Of a stretch of DNA of 64,000 bases, positions 19,084 through 28,055 are shown piece after piece (position 1 is the first letter of the stretch; each line of letters begins with the position of its first letter). Both the position numbers and the translations under genes were made by a program. The stretch is from a virus: the IMG/VR virus record IMGVR_UViG_3300045988_181536, positions 64,001 to 128,000 of that record; one strand, given 5' to 3'. The notes under the pieces were generated by a model. That model made no database searches, was not told the origin of the DNA, and saw nothing but the letters and a program-made list of their open reading frames with translations.

Positions 19084-19572
19084 ATGAAAGACAGACCAAT
19101 ATTATTTTCATCCCCTATGGTAAGGGCGATTTTAGATGGCAAGAAAACGATGACGAGACGTATCTACAAGACGTGCTTTGATTCTTGGCAAGTCGGAGAC
19201 AGACTATGGGTTAAGGAGACATATCTCATTGCCCAAGATGATTCCATCAATACAAAAATTATATATGCAGCCACAGACCCTAACCTAATGGGGATAGGAT
19301 TTAATTATTCTGTGAAATGCTCAAGCAAGACACAGCTTCCAATATGGAAGCCATCAATCTTTATGCCTCGCAAGTATTCTCGTATTATGCTTGAAATTAC
19401 GGATATTAAACGCGAGCTGTTGCGAGATATATCGGAAGATGATGCCAAGCGGGAAGGCTTTGAAAATAGGCAGGAATTTATAGATTACTTTGAAGAAATT
19501 AACCCTGTGCTAAAGGAGCAAAATCCCGAGGTAGTAGCAATTGGATTTAAAGTTTTGGAGGTGAAGAGATGA
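19084..19572 (+). CDS. ASCH/PUA-like domain protein
   Basis: N-terminal ILFSSPMVRAILDGKKTMTRR .. GDRLWVKETY motif typical of ASCH-like phage proteins. Confidence 0.45.
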   Translation: MKDRPILFSSPMVRAILDGKKTMTRRIYKTCFDSWQVGDRLWVKETYLIAQDDSINTKIIYAATDPNLMGIGFNYSVKCSSKTQLPIWKPSIFMPRKYSRIMLEITDIKRELLRDISEDDAKREGFENRQEFIDYFEEINPVLKEQNPEVVAIGFKVLEVKR

Positions 19573-19769
19573 GTTATAAAGATAAAACCTTCTGCCCAAA
19601 GGCAGACAAAAACAATTCTAAATGTATTCAATGTGATCGATTTTTCGATGAGAATGAATACAATAAATTCTGCATAAAGGCGGGATTTGAAATACCAGTT
19701 GCTTGGTTTTTGGAACCGCCTTGTGAAAAAGAAAATAAAAAAAGGAAAAAGGATAAAGATGAAAGATAA
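19569..19769 (+). CDS. small Cys-rich (zinc-ribbon-like) protein ending ..EPPCEKE..
   Basis: CPKADKNNSKCIQCDRF..FC; start overlaps previous stop (ATGA). Confidence 0.45.
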   Translation: MSYKDKTFCPKADKNNSKCIQCDRFFDENEYNKFCIKAGFEIPVAWFLEPPCEKENKKRKKDKDER

Positions 19770-20106
19770 AAACGGTATCGAAATTAAGTGTAAGAACTGT
19801 GCGAACTATGGAACGTATCTCTTCATGCCTTGCTTGCTTTGTTTACGAAAAAATGCAGGATTTAAGCCGACAGTAGAATCTTACGAAGCCCACATTGCGG
19901 AGTTGCAAAAGGAGCTGAATATCGTCCAAGAGTCCGAACACGCGGAAGCGCAAGAGGCGGATAGGCTTCGCGGGGAAGTCAAAGAGCTGAAGGCACACAA
20001 TGAGGTGCTTCAAAAGAGAGTGCAGGAGTTTTCAATGGAGCTTCTCGAATATAATATGAAGGAGAACAGGGACGTTTTGGAACGCCTTAAAGAGTGGAAA
20101 GAATGA
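19759..20106 (+). CDS. small Cys-containing coiled-coil protein
   Basis: Likely start MKDKNGIEIKCKNCANYG at 19759; C-terminal heptad region shared with the 22210 gene via a DNA repeat. Confidence 0.5.
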   Translation: MKDKNGIEIKCKNCANYGTYLFMPCLLCLRKNAGFKPTVESYEAHIAELQKELNIVQESEHAEAQEADRLRGEVKELKAHNEVLQKRVQEFSMELLEYNMKENRDVLERLKEWKE

Positions 20107-20163
20107 ATTATTAAGTAATACTTAACAGCTGAAGTAAGTTAATAAAAATAATATATTTAAAAA

Positions 20164-20394
20164 TTGAAATCAGTGAAACTAAGTCAACAGAAACTACTCC
20201 ATTATATGCAGGAAAAGCCTAAGAGGGACTTTTTTACTGACAAAATTATTGAAATTGTAGAGCCAAAAAATGCAGAAGATTTCATTATAGTAGGACAACT
20301 TCTGAAGTGTATTAAAACAACTCGTTATAGCGTTGGTTCCGGAAAGATTGAGGCAATCACAAACGACAAAATCAAAAGAAAGGATAAACAATGA
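20164..20394 (+). CDS. hypothetical small protein
   Basis: 76-aa ORF, overlaps the next start. Confidence 0.4.
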   Translation: MKSVKLSQQKLLHYMQEKPKRDFFTDKIIEIVEPKNAEDFIIVGQLLKCIKTTRYSVGSGKIEAITNDKIKRKDKQ

Positions 20395-21080
20395 AAGAAA
20401 AAAGAATAGATTCCCACAAGCTAGACAAAATTTTACATCAGCATAGCCTTTGGTTGTCAGAGAAAGGCCGAAGAGGTAAACGTGCTTATTTGGCTCATTC
20501 AGATCTTAGTGGGTTGGATTTAAGCGGTGCTAATTTACAATACGCACATTTATACGGTGCAAATCTAAATGATACAAATCTTAGTAAAGCATTTCTTGAT
20601 AAAGCGGATCTAACTTTTGCAAACTTAAAGAAGGCCTTTCTTTATCATACTAATTTATCATGGTCCAATCTCCAAGGTGCAAACCTTGAAGATGCGACAT
20701 TAAGTGACGCAATTCTTTATGCTGCAAATTTGTGTGACGCGAAACTTCAGTGCGCAGACTTAAGAGACGCAGATCTTCGTTTTGCAAATTTAAACCACGC
20801 GAACCTATATCATGCACAGCTGGAAGATGCTCTTCTTAAAGGTGCAGACCTGAGTGAGGCTAAGACTGATGATAGAATACTTTGTCTTGATCGAATTGGT
20901 TCCTCCAAGCGGCGAACAACTTACAACATCACAAAAGATATTGTATGGTGTGGTTGCTTTACGGGAACCTTTAAAGAATGGATATCACGAATCCGTGAAA
21001 CTTATCCTGATAAGAATAGTATTTGTAGAAAGGAATACGAAGCAGCGATAGCTTATTTTAGAGCTATCGCGAAAGACTAA
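20391..21080 (+). CDS. pentapeptide-repeat protein
   Basis: About 25 consecutive A(D/N)LxxA(N/D)L pentapeptide repeats from aa 40 to 150. Confidence 0.8.
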   Translation: MKEKRIDSHKLDKILHQHSLWLSEKGRRGKRAYLAHSDLSGLDLSGANLQYAHLYGANLNDTNLSKAFLDKADLTFANLKKAFLYHTNLSWSNLQGANLEDATLSDAILYAANLCDAKLQCADLRDADLRFANLNHANLYHAQLEDALLKGADLSEAKTDDRILCLDRIGSSKRRTTYNITKDIVWCGCFTGTFKEWISRIRETYPDKNSICRKEYEAAIAYFRAIAKD

Positions 21081-21107
21081 CCAGCCAACTTCCAACTTTG
21101 TATAATT

Positions 21108-21656
21108 ATGAAAATACAAATTCGACAAAATATTTTTGAGACTAACAGTTCATCTTCCCATTCTATCACAATAACTGAAAAGAATGGGGAATTTTCTGAA
21201 CAATTTAAATCACGGTTTTTGTATGAATGGAATCCCGGTGTTATTCCCCACAGAACAGATTATTGTAAAGGTGCGGATAGGTTAGATTATTTTAAATACA
21301 AACCGAAAAGTTATTATTGCGAATCCAATGAAACGTATCACTTATATGGTGGTCAATTTGGCTTGGATTGGTTTTGTTGCGACACGTTTGACGCAAAAGT
21401 TGAATACCTATACACTTGGATGCATTCGGTATCTACAACATTCTATAAAGATAACCTATTTGACTGTATAGCAAAACATTATAACATTTCTGTGGAAAAT
21501 ATTGAAGAGGAAACAATCGATCCCAATTCAATATGGGTAGATCATGCTAGTGCTACCTGGGATTTACTGAAGGGCTACTACAGTGGGGATGATCGTATTT
21601 CTTATATTCTTGAAAATCCAAATGTGTTAATATTAGGAGGCAACGATGATGGGTAA
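21108..21656 (+). CDS. hypothetical protein
   Basis: 182-aa ORF. Confidence 0.5.
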   Translation: MKIQIRQNIFETNSSSSHSITITEKNGEFSEQFKSRFLYEWNPGVIPHRTDYCKGADRLDYFKYKPKSYYCESNETYHLYGGQFGLDWFCCDTFDAKVEYLYTWMHSVSTTFYKDNLFDCIAKHYNISVENIEEETIDPNSIWVDHASATWDLLKGYYSGDDRISYILENPNVLILGGNDDG

Positions 21657-21730
21657 AAAGCTTAAACAAATAATCAAGAACACTTTAACAATATTCTTAA
21701 AACCGCCTTGTGAAGAAGAAAGGACTAACA

Positions 21731-22156
21731 ATGAGAAATAGCATAGATGTTTCGCAATTAGAACATCTTCGAGACGGAATATATCGCGCATTTGAAGGAG
21801 AGATATACGGCTATCCCGTTTGCATTATCACCACAAAAAGTCTACCTGAATTTGATATGGGAGACTACTATTGTGGCTATGTAGGAGTCCCGCCTTCTCA
21901 TCCACTGTATCAAATAGGCTATATGGATAATATTATGGCGCAAGTAGATAACGATGCTGAAGTTAATGGCGGGCTTACATATAGCAGAATGGCAGACAGT
22001 TGGAGGACTACGAAAGACGAGTTTAAAGACTATTGGTTCTTCGGCTTCGATTGTGCACATTATTGGAACGAGGAGCATCCCTGCTCTTTTGAAGATGTTA
22101 AAGCCGATTGCGAAGGTTTGGCTTTGGCTTTAAAGAATTATAGAAAAGACCAATAA
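21731..22156 (+). CDS. hypothetical protein
   Basis: ORF-track start at 21710; ATG at 21731 (MRNSIDVS) also possible. Confidence 0.5.
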   Translation: MRNSIDVSQLEHLRDGIYRAFEGEIYGYPVCIITTKSLPEFDMGDYYCGYVGVPPSHPLYQIGYMDNIMAQVDNDAEVNGGLTYSRMADSWRTTKDEFKDYWFFGFDCAHYWNEEHPCSFEDVKADCEGLALALKNYRKDQ

Positions 22157-22209
22157 AGTTGCACTTTTTAGTTAAAAATTATAATAAAAAATTATAAAAA
22201 GGAATAACA

Positions 22210-22677
22210 ATGGAAGAAATCGGAGAAAATAAAATTAGGGTAACGGTGGATGTAGACGTTGATAAAATACGTTCCGATTTGATAAGAAATCTATCTGAAC
22301 AGTGGAATGAGGAAACACCAGAGTCAGAAGAAGAGATATATAATCGTGCAATAAAAAGTGCTAAATACTTCATCGATACAGAAGTCAAGAAAGCCATAGT
22401 TGAGGAGGCGAAGAAACAATTTTTTGAGAATCCAGAACTAAAAGAGTATCTTGCTACTTCCATAAAAAACAGGATAAAAGAAACCTTCTTTACGGAGTTT
22501 CTTACAGGATTGATGCCCTATCAACTGGAGAAGATGATAGAAAAGGGGTATCATAATCGCATTGGTGAGATATCACCAATAAATATTGTTTTTAGCGAAG
22601 AGGAGAGTGGAGGAGTTTTCAATGGAGCTTCTCGACCGCACGATGAAAGAGAACAAGGACGTTTTGGAACGGCTTAA
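22210..22677 (+). CDS. hypothetical protein; 3' end lies in a repeat shared with the 19759 gene but in a different frame
   Basis: 155-aa ORF; see repeat finding. Confidence 0.5.
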   Translation: MEEIGENKIRVTVDVDVDKIRSDLIRNLSEQWNEETPESEEEIYNRAIKSAKYFIDTEVKKAIVEEAKKQFFENPELKEYLATSIKNRIKETFFTEFLTGLMPYQLEKMIEKGYHNRIGEISPINIVFSEEESGGVFNGASRPHDEREQGRFGTA

Positions 22678-22705
22678 ACAGGCAGAAAGCGAGAAAGAAT
22701 AGCCA

Positions 22706-23017
22706 ATGAAAACAAAACGCTGCCCATTCTGTGGAAGTAATGGTATATATACCAAACATTTGCCTATTGGTCTATATTGCGTAGCTTGTACAAAATGCGG
22801 AGCATCTTCAGGACCATTCCTTAACGAGGATGACGCAGAAGAAGCTTGGAACAAAAGGCAAGAGCAATTTAGTCTTAGCGATATGGAACTCCTAAGAGAT
22901 ATCGTTGAAGCTGAGTTAAAATCTGTTAAACGAGACAGTGAATATAGATGTTCATTACTAAGATTGTCTATTAAATGCATGGATGTTTTAAACGATTTAA
23001 ATGAAGGAGAATACTAA
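22706..23017 (+). CDS. lar: Lar-family restriction alleviation protein
   Basis: CPFCGS..(x20)..CVACTKCGASSGPF..EAWNKR matches the Lar family zinc-ribbon signature. Confidence 0.7.
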   Translation: MKTKRCPFCGSNGIYTKHLPIGLYCVACTKCGASSGPFLNEDDAEEAWNKRQEQFSLSDMELLRDIVEAELKSVKRDSEYRCSLLRLSIKCMDVLNDLNEGEY

Positions 23018-23408
23018 AATGAGCGTATACATATATAAAACCCAAAATAATCAAAAAGATGAGATAGTCCTCGAAGAACATGAAGAAATTATTGACTTCA
23101 TAGATTCGTGGTTTAGAAACCAAGTGTGCGCGGTAAGTGACCGTGACGCAGAACAAGTAAAAAACCATTTATTCTCTTCGAAGCTTTTGGACAAGCTAGA
23201 AAACGATTGCTGGGATGCTATGGGACAAAAGGAGTACGCAATAGTCATCTGGAATACACCTGCTTGGTTTATCCAAAATGAAGAGGATCTCTGCGGTTAC
23301 TATAACACTATGCTAAGAATAATCTTTGCTATAAAAAAATTGAGAAAAGCATATGGGAGTGACTGGGAGCACGCAAAGTTTATATTCGAAAGCGACGTTA
23401 CGAAATGA
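23001..23408 (+). CDS. hypothetical protein
   Basis: 135-aa ORF. Confidence 0.5.
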   Translation: MKENTKMSVYIYKTQNNQKDEIVLEEHEEIIDFIDSWFRNQVCAVSDRDAEQVKNHLFSSKLLDKLENDCWDAMGQKEYAIVIWNTPAWFIQNEEDLCGYYNTMLRIIFAIKKLRKAYGSDWEHAKFIFESDVTK

Positions 23409-23953
23409 AACCCATACTAGATGTCTGTTGTGGCGGACGCATGTGGTGGTTTGATAAAAACGATGAACGTGCGGTGTTTATGGATAAGCGCACCTACGAG
23501 GGAACGTTATGTGATGGCAGACACTTTGAGGTAAAGCCAGATATCTTGGGAGATTTTACAAATATTCCATTTCCAGATGAAAGTTTTCACCTTGTAGTAT
23601 TTGACCCGCCACACTTGGAAAAGCTTGGAGAAACATCCTGGCTTTGTATTAAATATGGTAAGCTTCCAAGCGATTGGAAGGACAAACTAACAAAGGCATT
23701 TGAGGAATGCTTTCGGGTGCTAAAGCCTTTTGGAACATTAGTGTTTAAGTGGAACGAAGAGCAAATAAAGCTCAGTGAAATCTTAAAGCTTACTACAGCA
23801 AAACCTGTAGTTTTGCCTAAAAGATTTGAAAACCGTTATATCGTGGAAATCGATGGGGGCAATGGTTGGGCGTGTTTTATGTGTGCCCGTCCGATTGGGC
23901 GTCGGATAGAACCGCAAATCGACGGAGATATATATACTTGGGAGGAGAAATAA
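23405..23953 (+). CDS. DNA N6-adenine/N4-cytosine methyltransferase-like protein fused to the C-terminal signature of the LAMQILEQEG paralog family
   Basis: LDVCCGGRMWWFDK (motif I-like) and VVFDPPH (DPPH motif IV); C-terminal WACFMCARPIGRRIEPQIDGDIYTWEEK. Confidence 0.55.
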   Translation: MKPILDVCCGGRMWWFDKNDERAVFMDKRTYEGTLCDGRHFEVKPDILGDFTNIPFPDESFHLVVFDPPHLEKLGETSWLCIKYGKLPSDWKDKLTKAFEECFRVLKPFGTLVFKWNEEQIKLSEILKLTTAKPVVLPKRFENRYIVEIDGGNGWACFMCARPIGRRIEPQIDGDIYTWEEK

Positions 23954-23955
23954 AT

Positions 23956-24453
23956 ATGAATAAAAAACTAAAAATCCAATTCTGGAAAGCCGAGAAAGCT
24001 TTAGCAATGCAAATACTGGAACAGGAGGGTTTGCCGAAACGTAAAAACGAGGGAAACGTCCGCGTTTGGGACTACATTGCGCTCTTCAAAGAAGCTATAG
24101 TTTTAGGCGGAATAAATGAGTTCGATTTACATATTCCACACATTATATTCGACACCAACGCCGAGCGCGATGCCTATTTGGATAAAGTCATCAACGCAAT
24201 CACCGAGGAACTTTTCTCGGGCGAAGGCGAACTTAAAGTCGGGGAGATGTGCGAGGTTAGTGATGATGGTGTATCTTGGCACAAATATAGACTCTTAGCT
24301 ATATTGCCCGACCGTTATGAAATGAGATTCATTATAGAGAATGGAACACTGAGTTGGTGCACTTGCACATACGCTCGCCCTATTGTCAAGCGCATTGAGC
24401 CTACGCTCGATAAGCGTGGGAATGTCTTCACTTATACCTGGGAGGAAAAATAA
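23956..24453 (+). CDS. paralog-family protein (LAMQILEQEG / ARPI..IEP..YTWEEK family), copy 1
   Basis: Start MNKKLKIQFWKAEKALAMQILEQEGLP after a GGAGGAG RBS; C-terminal ARPIVKRIEPTLDKRGNVFTYTWEEK. Confidence 0.65.
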   Translation: MNKKLKIQFWKAEKALAMQILEQEGLPKRKNEGNVRVWDYIALFKEAIVLGGINEFDLHIPHIIFDTNAERDAYLDKVINAITEELFSGEGELKVGEMCEVSDDGVSWHKYRLLAILPDRYEMRFIIENGTLSWCTCTYARPIVKRIEPTLDKRGNVFTYTWEEK

Positions 24454-24551
24454 GAAACTCCATAGCGGGTGTCGTAAGGTTACGGATAATCCTAATAATC
24501 AACAAAACAAAAATGCTTGAACTTTAAATTAAGATTTGCTGGCATTGAAAT

Positions 24552-25043
24552 ATGTCAACAAATCTTATGCCTAAAACAACTACTTTGCCTGCCGCGACTT
24601 CTGATTCAAACGGGGGATTTTTTGATATTGAAAAGTTGATTCGTACTGACGCTTTTTTCTTTGATAAGGTGGAAAAAGCCGTAAAGCATTTGATGAAAAT
24701 GCACGAGCAGCTAAAAGCTAACTATAGCGACCAAAATTTAAAATTATATAGGGAAGCTTTCTTTGACTATTTAAAGTTAACTCATTTTAGCATATCACCG
24801 CTATTGGGATATTATTATCCTAAGTATCCTTTAGGAACACCCCTGTCTTTAAAAGACTTTCCGTTTGCACATATATTTTATAATTTAAATATAGGTCCAT
24901 CATGTTCTACAGTATTTAGAGGAAGCCGACAGATTTCCAAATGCTGCACAGGGGATACCATATGCAGATTTAAAAATAAAAAAACAGGACAAGTAGTTAC
25001 TATGTCGCTGGAAGATTTCTTTAAAGAACAAAAAACAATTTAA
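24552..25043 (+). CDS. hypothetical protein
   Basis: 163-aa ORF upstream of the RNA repair gene. Confidence 0.5.
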   Translation: MSTNLMPKTTTLPAATSDSNGGFFDIEKLIRTDAFFFDKVEKAVKHLMKMHEQLKANYSDQNLKLYREAFFDYLKLTHFSISPLLGYYYPKYPLGTPLSLKDFPFAHIFYNLNIGPSCSTVFRGSRQISKCCTGDTICRFKNKKTGQVVTMSLEDFFKEQKTI

Positions 25044-25053
25044 AAATTTCACA

Positions 25054-27246
25054 ATGCGAACTTTATTTCTTTTGAGAGGAGCCCCAGGAAGCGGCAAATC
25101 CACTTGGGTGAACCGCAATAACTTGGAACCTTATACTTTATGCGCTGATCAAATTCGCACGCTTATTCAATGTCCCGTGCTAAATCTCAACGGAACATTT
25201 TCCATATCGCAGAAAAATGACAAAGAAGTGTGGGAGTATTTGTTTCATTTATTGGAAACTCGAATGGCTCGTGGCGAAATGTTAATAATTGACGCCACGC
25301 ATTATAAGAAAGAATTGCTTAATAAGTATAAAAAACTTGTTAAAAATTATCGTTATAGAGTTTACGTGGTTGATTTTGTTTCAGGCATATCCATGGAAGA
25401 ATGCATGCGTAGAAATCAAAATCGCACGGGTTACAAGATTGTGCCTGACCATGTAATCCAAAAAATGTATTCGGTGTTTAATTCCGAATCTAAGCAAATT
25501 AGAAATGCTTTTACGACTATTTCTCCGGAAGATGCTGTTAAGCTTATCCAAAATACAAATGACCAAGTAAAAGATTTTAATTCTTGGGAAAAAATTTATA
25601 TTTTTGGGGACATCCATGGCTGTTTTGAACCAATAAAAAGTTTTTTTGAAAAATATCCTTATGATGAAAAAGCCTTTTATATCTTTTTAGGCGACTACTT
25701 AGATAGGGGTTTGCAAAATAAGGAAGTATTGGAATGGGCTATAGAATTTGCCGAACATCCAAATTGTTTATTTTTGGAAGGAAACCATGAGAGATGGTTA
25801 AAGCTTTACGCCTCTAAAGATTCCGAGGATCAAAACTTAATAGCTTCTCGTGTGTTCTTAAAAAATACCATACCTCAAATTAAGGATATTGATCCCGTTA
25901 AAATTCGATCTTTTTGCTACAAACTTGCGCAAATGGCACTATTTTCTTATGGTAAACATACGACATGGTTTTGTTGTCATGGAGGGATGCCTGTATTGCC
26001 AAGTCTGCCAATTGCGGCCATAGAAATGATTCATGGTACGGGCAAATATGAAGACATAGATGAAGTGCATAAAGAATTTGAGCGTAGATACGGCAACTTA
26101 AATATCTATCAAGTTCATGGGCATAGAAATGTATACAAAGATGTCTTTAACGCTGACAAAAGTGTTTTTAATTTAAATTCTGCAGTCGAATACGGAGAAG
26201 ATTTGCGTATTTTAAAACTTGCGTTGCAAGAGGACGGATCGGTTACCAAAGAGCTTATAGAAGAACCAAATCCAGTGCATCTCACAGAATCAAACAAGGT
26301 GCGCAGGTTGTATGATAATGAAATAAACAACGACATTATTAAACAACTCTGTGATAATCCGAGTATTATTAAAATTCAATTGGATGACGGAATTATATCT
26401 TATAAATATGATTCAAAATTGTTTTTCTCAAAACAATGGACAGATCTAAATGTTATCGCCAGGGGATTTTTCTGTCGTAAAGATAAAATCATTTGTCGCA
26501 GTTATAATAAATTCTTTAATTATCAGGAACGGATAGAAACATCCCCAAAAGAACTTTGCAAAACATTGCAATTTCCTGTGAGCAAATTTCAGAAAGAAAA
26601 CGGATTCTTGGGATTGGTAAGTTGGGATGCCGAAATGGATAAGGCGTTTATTGCATCTAAATCAACCAATCAAGGCGAATACGCTCAAATGGTTCGTGAT
26701 CGATTTTATGCTTATGACTCATGGAATGAAATGTTAAATTACGCCAAAGAACATAACGTTACATTAATTTTTGAAGTCATAGAGCCGGAAAAAGATCCGC
26801 ATATTATCGAGTATGCACAACCGCATTTAGTGCTGCTGGATATTGTCGAAAACACAATGGAAGGAAAATTGCTTGAATATGATAAACTTAAAGAACTTGC
26901 CAATTCTTGGAACATCCCTTGTAAAATCTTGGAGCATGTTTACAATAACTGGGAAGAGCTTTGGGAAGATCTAAAGCAATTAGAGCATGAAAAAGATTTA
27001 AAGATCGAAGGCTTTGTTTTTCGAGACATCAATAATTATCAGTTTAAGTTTAAAACAAACTATTATAAACGTTGGAAATCGTTTCGCAGCTTAAAAGACA
27101 AATATGCGCGTTCAAAAGATCAAATGAGACAAGTATTTGTTGATAAAGAAGAAACGGATTTTTTCCTTTGGTTGAATACCCAACCTAAAGAATATGTCAG
27201 CAAAACTGATATTATTACTTTGAGACAAAAATTCTTATCTAATTAG
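25054..27246 (+). CDS. polynucleotide kinase / phosphatase / RNA ligase fusion (bacterial Pnkp-type RNA repair enzyme)
   Basis: N-terminal P-loop LRGAPGSGKSTW (T4 Pnk-like kinase); central metallophosphoesterase motifs IFGDIHG, LGDYLDRG, EGNHE, HGG; C-terminal nucleotidyltransferase with KENGF motif I and downstream ligase-like region. Confidence 0.7.
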   Translation: MRTLFLLRGAPGSGKSTWVNRNNLEPYTLCADQIRTLIQCPVLNLNGTFSISQKNDKEVWEYLFHLLETRMARGEMLIIDATHYKKELLNKYKKLVKNYRYRVYVVDFVSGISMEECMRRNQNRTGYKIVPDHVIQKMYSVFNSESKQIRNAFTTISPEDAVKLIQNTNDQVKDFNSWEKIYIFGDIHGCFEPIKSFFEKYPYDEKAFYIFLGDYLDRGLQNKEVLEWAIEFAEHPNCLFLEGNHERWLKLYASKDSEDQNLIASRVFLKNTIPQIKDIDPVKIRSFCYKLAQMALFSYGKHTTWFCCHGGMPVLPSLPIAAIEMIHGTGKYEDIDEVHKEFERRYGNLNIYQVHGHRNVYKDVFNADKSVFNLNSAVEYGEDLRILKLALQEDGSVTKELIEEPNPVHLTESNKVRRLYDNEINNDIIKQLCDNPSIIKIQLDDGIISYKYDSKLFFSKQWTDLNVIARGFFCRKDKIICRSYNKFFNYQERIETSPKELCKTLQFPVSKFQKENGFLGLVSWDAEMDKAFIASKSTNQGEYAQMVRDRFYAYDSWNEMLNYAKEHNVTLIFEVIEPEKDPHIIEYAQPHLVLLDIVENTMEGKLLEYDKLKELANSWNIPCKILEHVYNNWEELWEDLKQLEHEKDLKIEGFVFRDINNYQFKFKTNYYKRWKSFRSLKDKYARSKDQMRQVFVDKEETDFFLWLNTQPKEYVSKTDIITLRQKFLSN

Positions 27247-27249
27247 AAA

Positions 27250-27295
27250 ACTTTAACTATGCTCGCTTTTACATTTAAAGCGAGCATAGTTTTTC
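27250..27295 (+). terminator. rho-independent terminator
   Basis: aactatgctcgcttt / aaagcgagcatagtt stem followed by a T-run. Confidence 0.6.
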
Positions 27296-27322
27296 AATCC
27301 CCTATTATCAAAGGCATAAATA

Positions 27323-27640
27323 ATGTATACAATTCCAACACTGATAATTCTTAGCATAATTTATTTTGTTTATATTCACAAACAAAAATCCAAAGGTGTA
27401 ATTTCATACTACGAAGCTGACCACAAAGAGATAACTTGTGTACTCGTTTGCACGATGATTTTCTTCATAATGGTGATAGGAAGATTAGCGTACATTAGAT
27501 TTCATAGTGTTTATCACCCATGTGAGGGATGCAGATTTCAATCATTTGTCAACATTTATTATAATGCAGACGGTAAACGTATAGAAGAAAAAGACATTGT
27601 ATTTAAAAAATGCGTAAATTTGCCATTTTATAAATTTTAA
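27323..27640 (+). CDS. small membrane protein
   Basis: Two hydrophobic helices; Cys/His cluster HPCEGC. Confidence 0.45.
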   Translation: MYTIPTLIILSIIYFVYIHKQKSKGVISYYEADHKEITCVLVCTMIFFIMVIGRLAYIRFHSVYHPCEGCRFQSFVNIYYNADGKRIEEKDIVFKKCVNLPFYKF

Positions 27641-27652
27641 AAAATTTTATCC

Positions 27653-28024
27653 ATGACACGAACATCAAAATTAGCGGAAACAAAACAAAAACTTAAAGAA
27701 GCATTAGAAGGCTATATCAAAGCTAAAGAGCAAGTTGCTAAAGCTTCACAATTTAATTTTTCCCAAGAAGAACGATTTGAACAGATCCGAAACTTTAAAT
27801 CAAAATTTCGATGTCAATCCACATTTAAGTCAAACAGCCAAGAATTGGAAGATTATAGAGACGAATTTTCCAGCCTATCTGCATTATTTGCTGTGAGATT
27901 TGTTCGAGAGAAATCCTCGGAAGATGTGCAAGTTGAATTATATATGGAAGATGACGGACTTTACTCAAAAATTGCAGATTTTAATGTATGTTGGCTCCCA
28001 GATTTAATTAAATGCCTAAGCTAA
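27653..28024 (+). CDS. hypothetical protein
   Basis: 123-aa ORF. Confidence 0.45.
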   Translation: MTRTSKLAETKQKLKEALEGYIKAKEQVAKASQFNFSQEERFEQIRNFKSKFRCQSTFKSNSQELEDYRDEFSSLSALFAVRFVREKSSEDVQVELYMEDDGLYSKIADFNVCWLPDLIKCLS

Positions 28025-28055
28025 GCGAAAAAATTTTTAAAGGAGAGATACAAAA

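Noticed and set aside
22573-22980. 135-aa minus-strand ORF and other short antisense ORFs (e.g. 22179..22463, 21842..22078, 23051..23248)
   Set aside because: Embedded antisense within well-supported + strand genes (including Lar); low-complexity Ser-rich translations.
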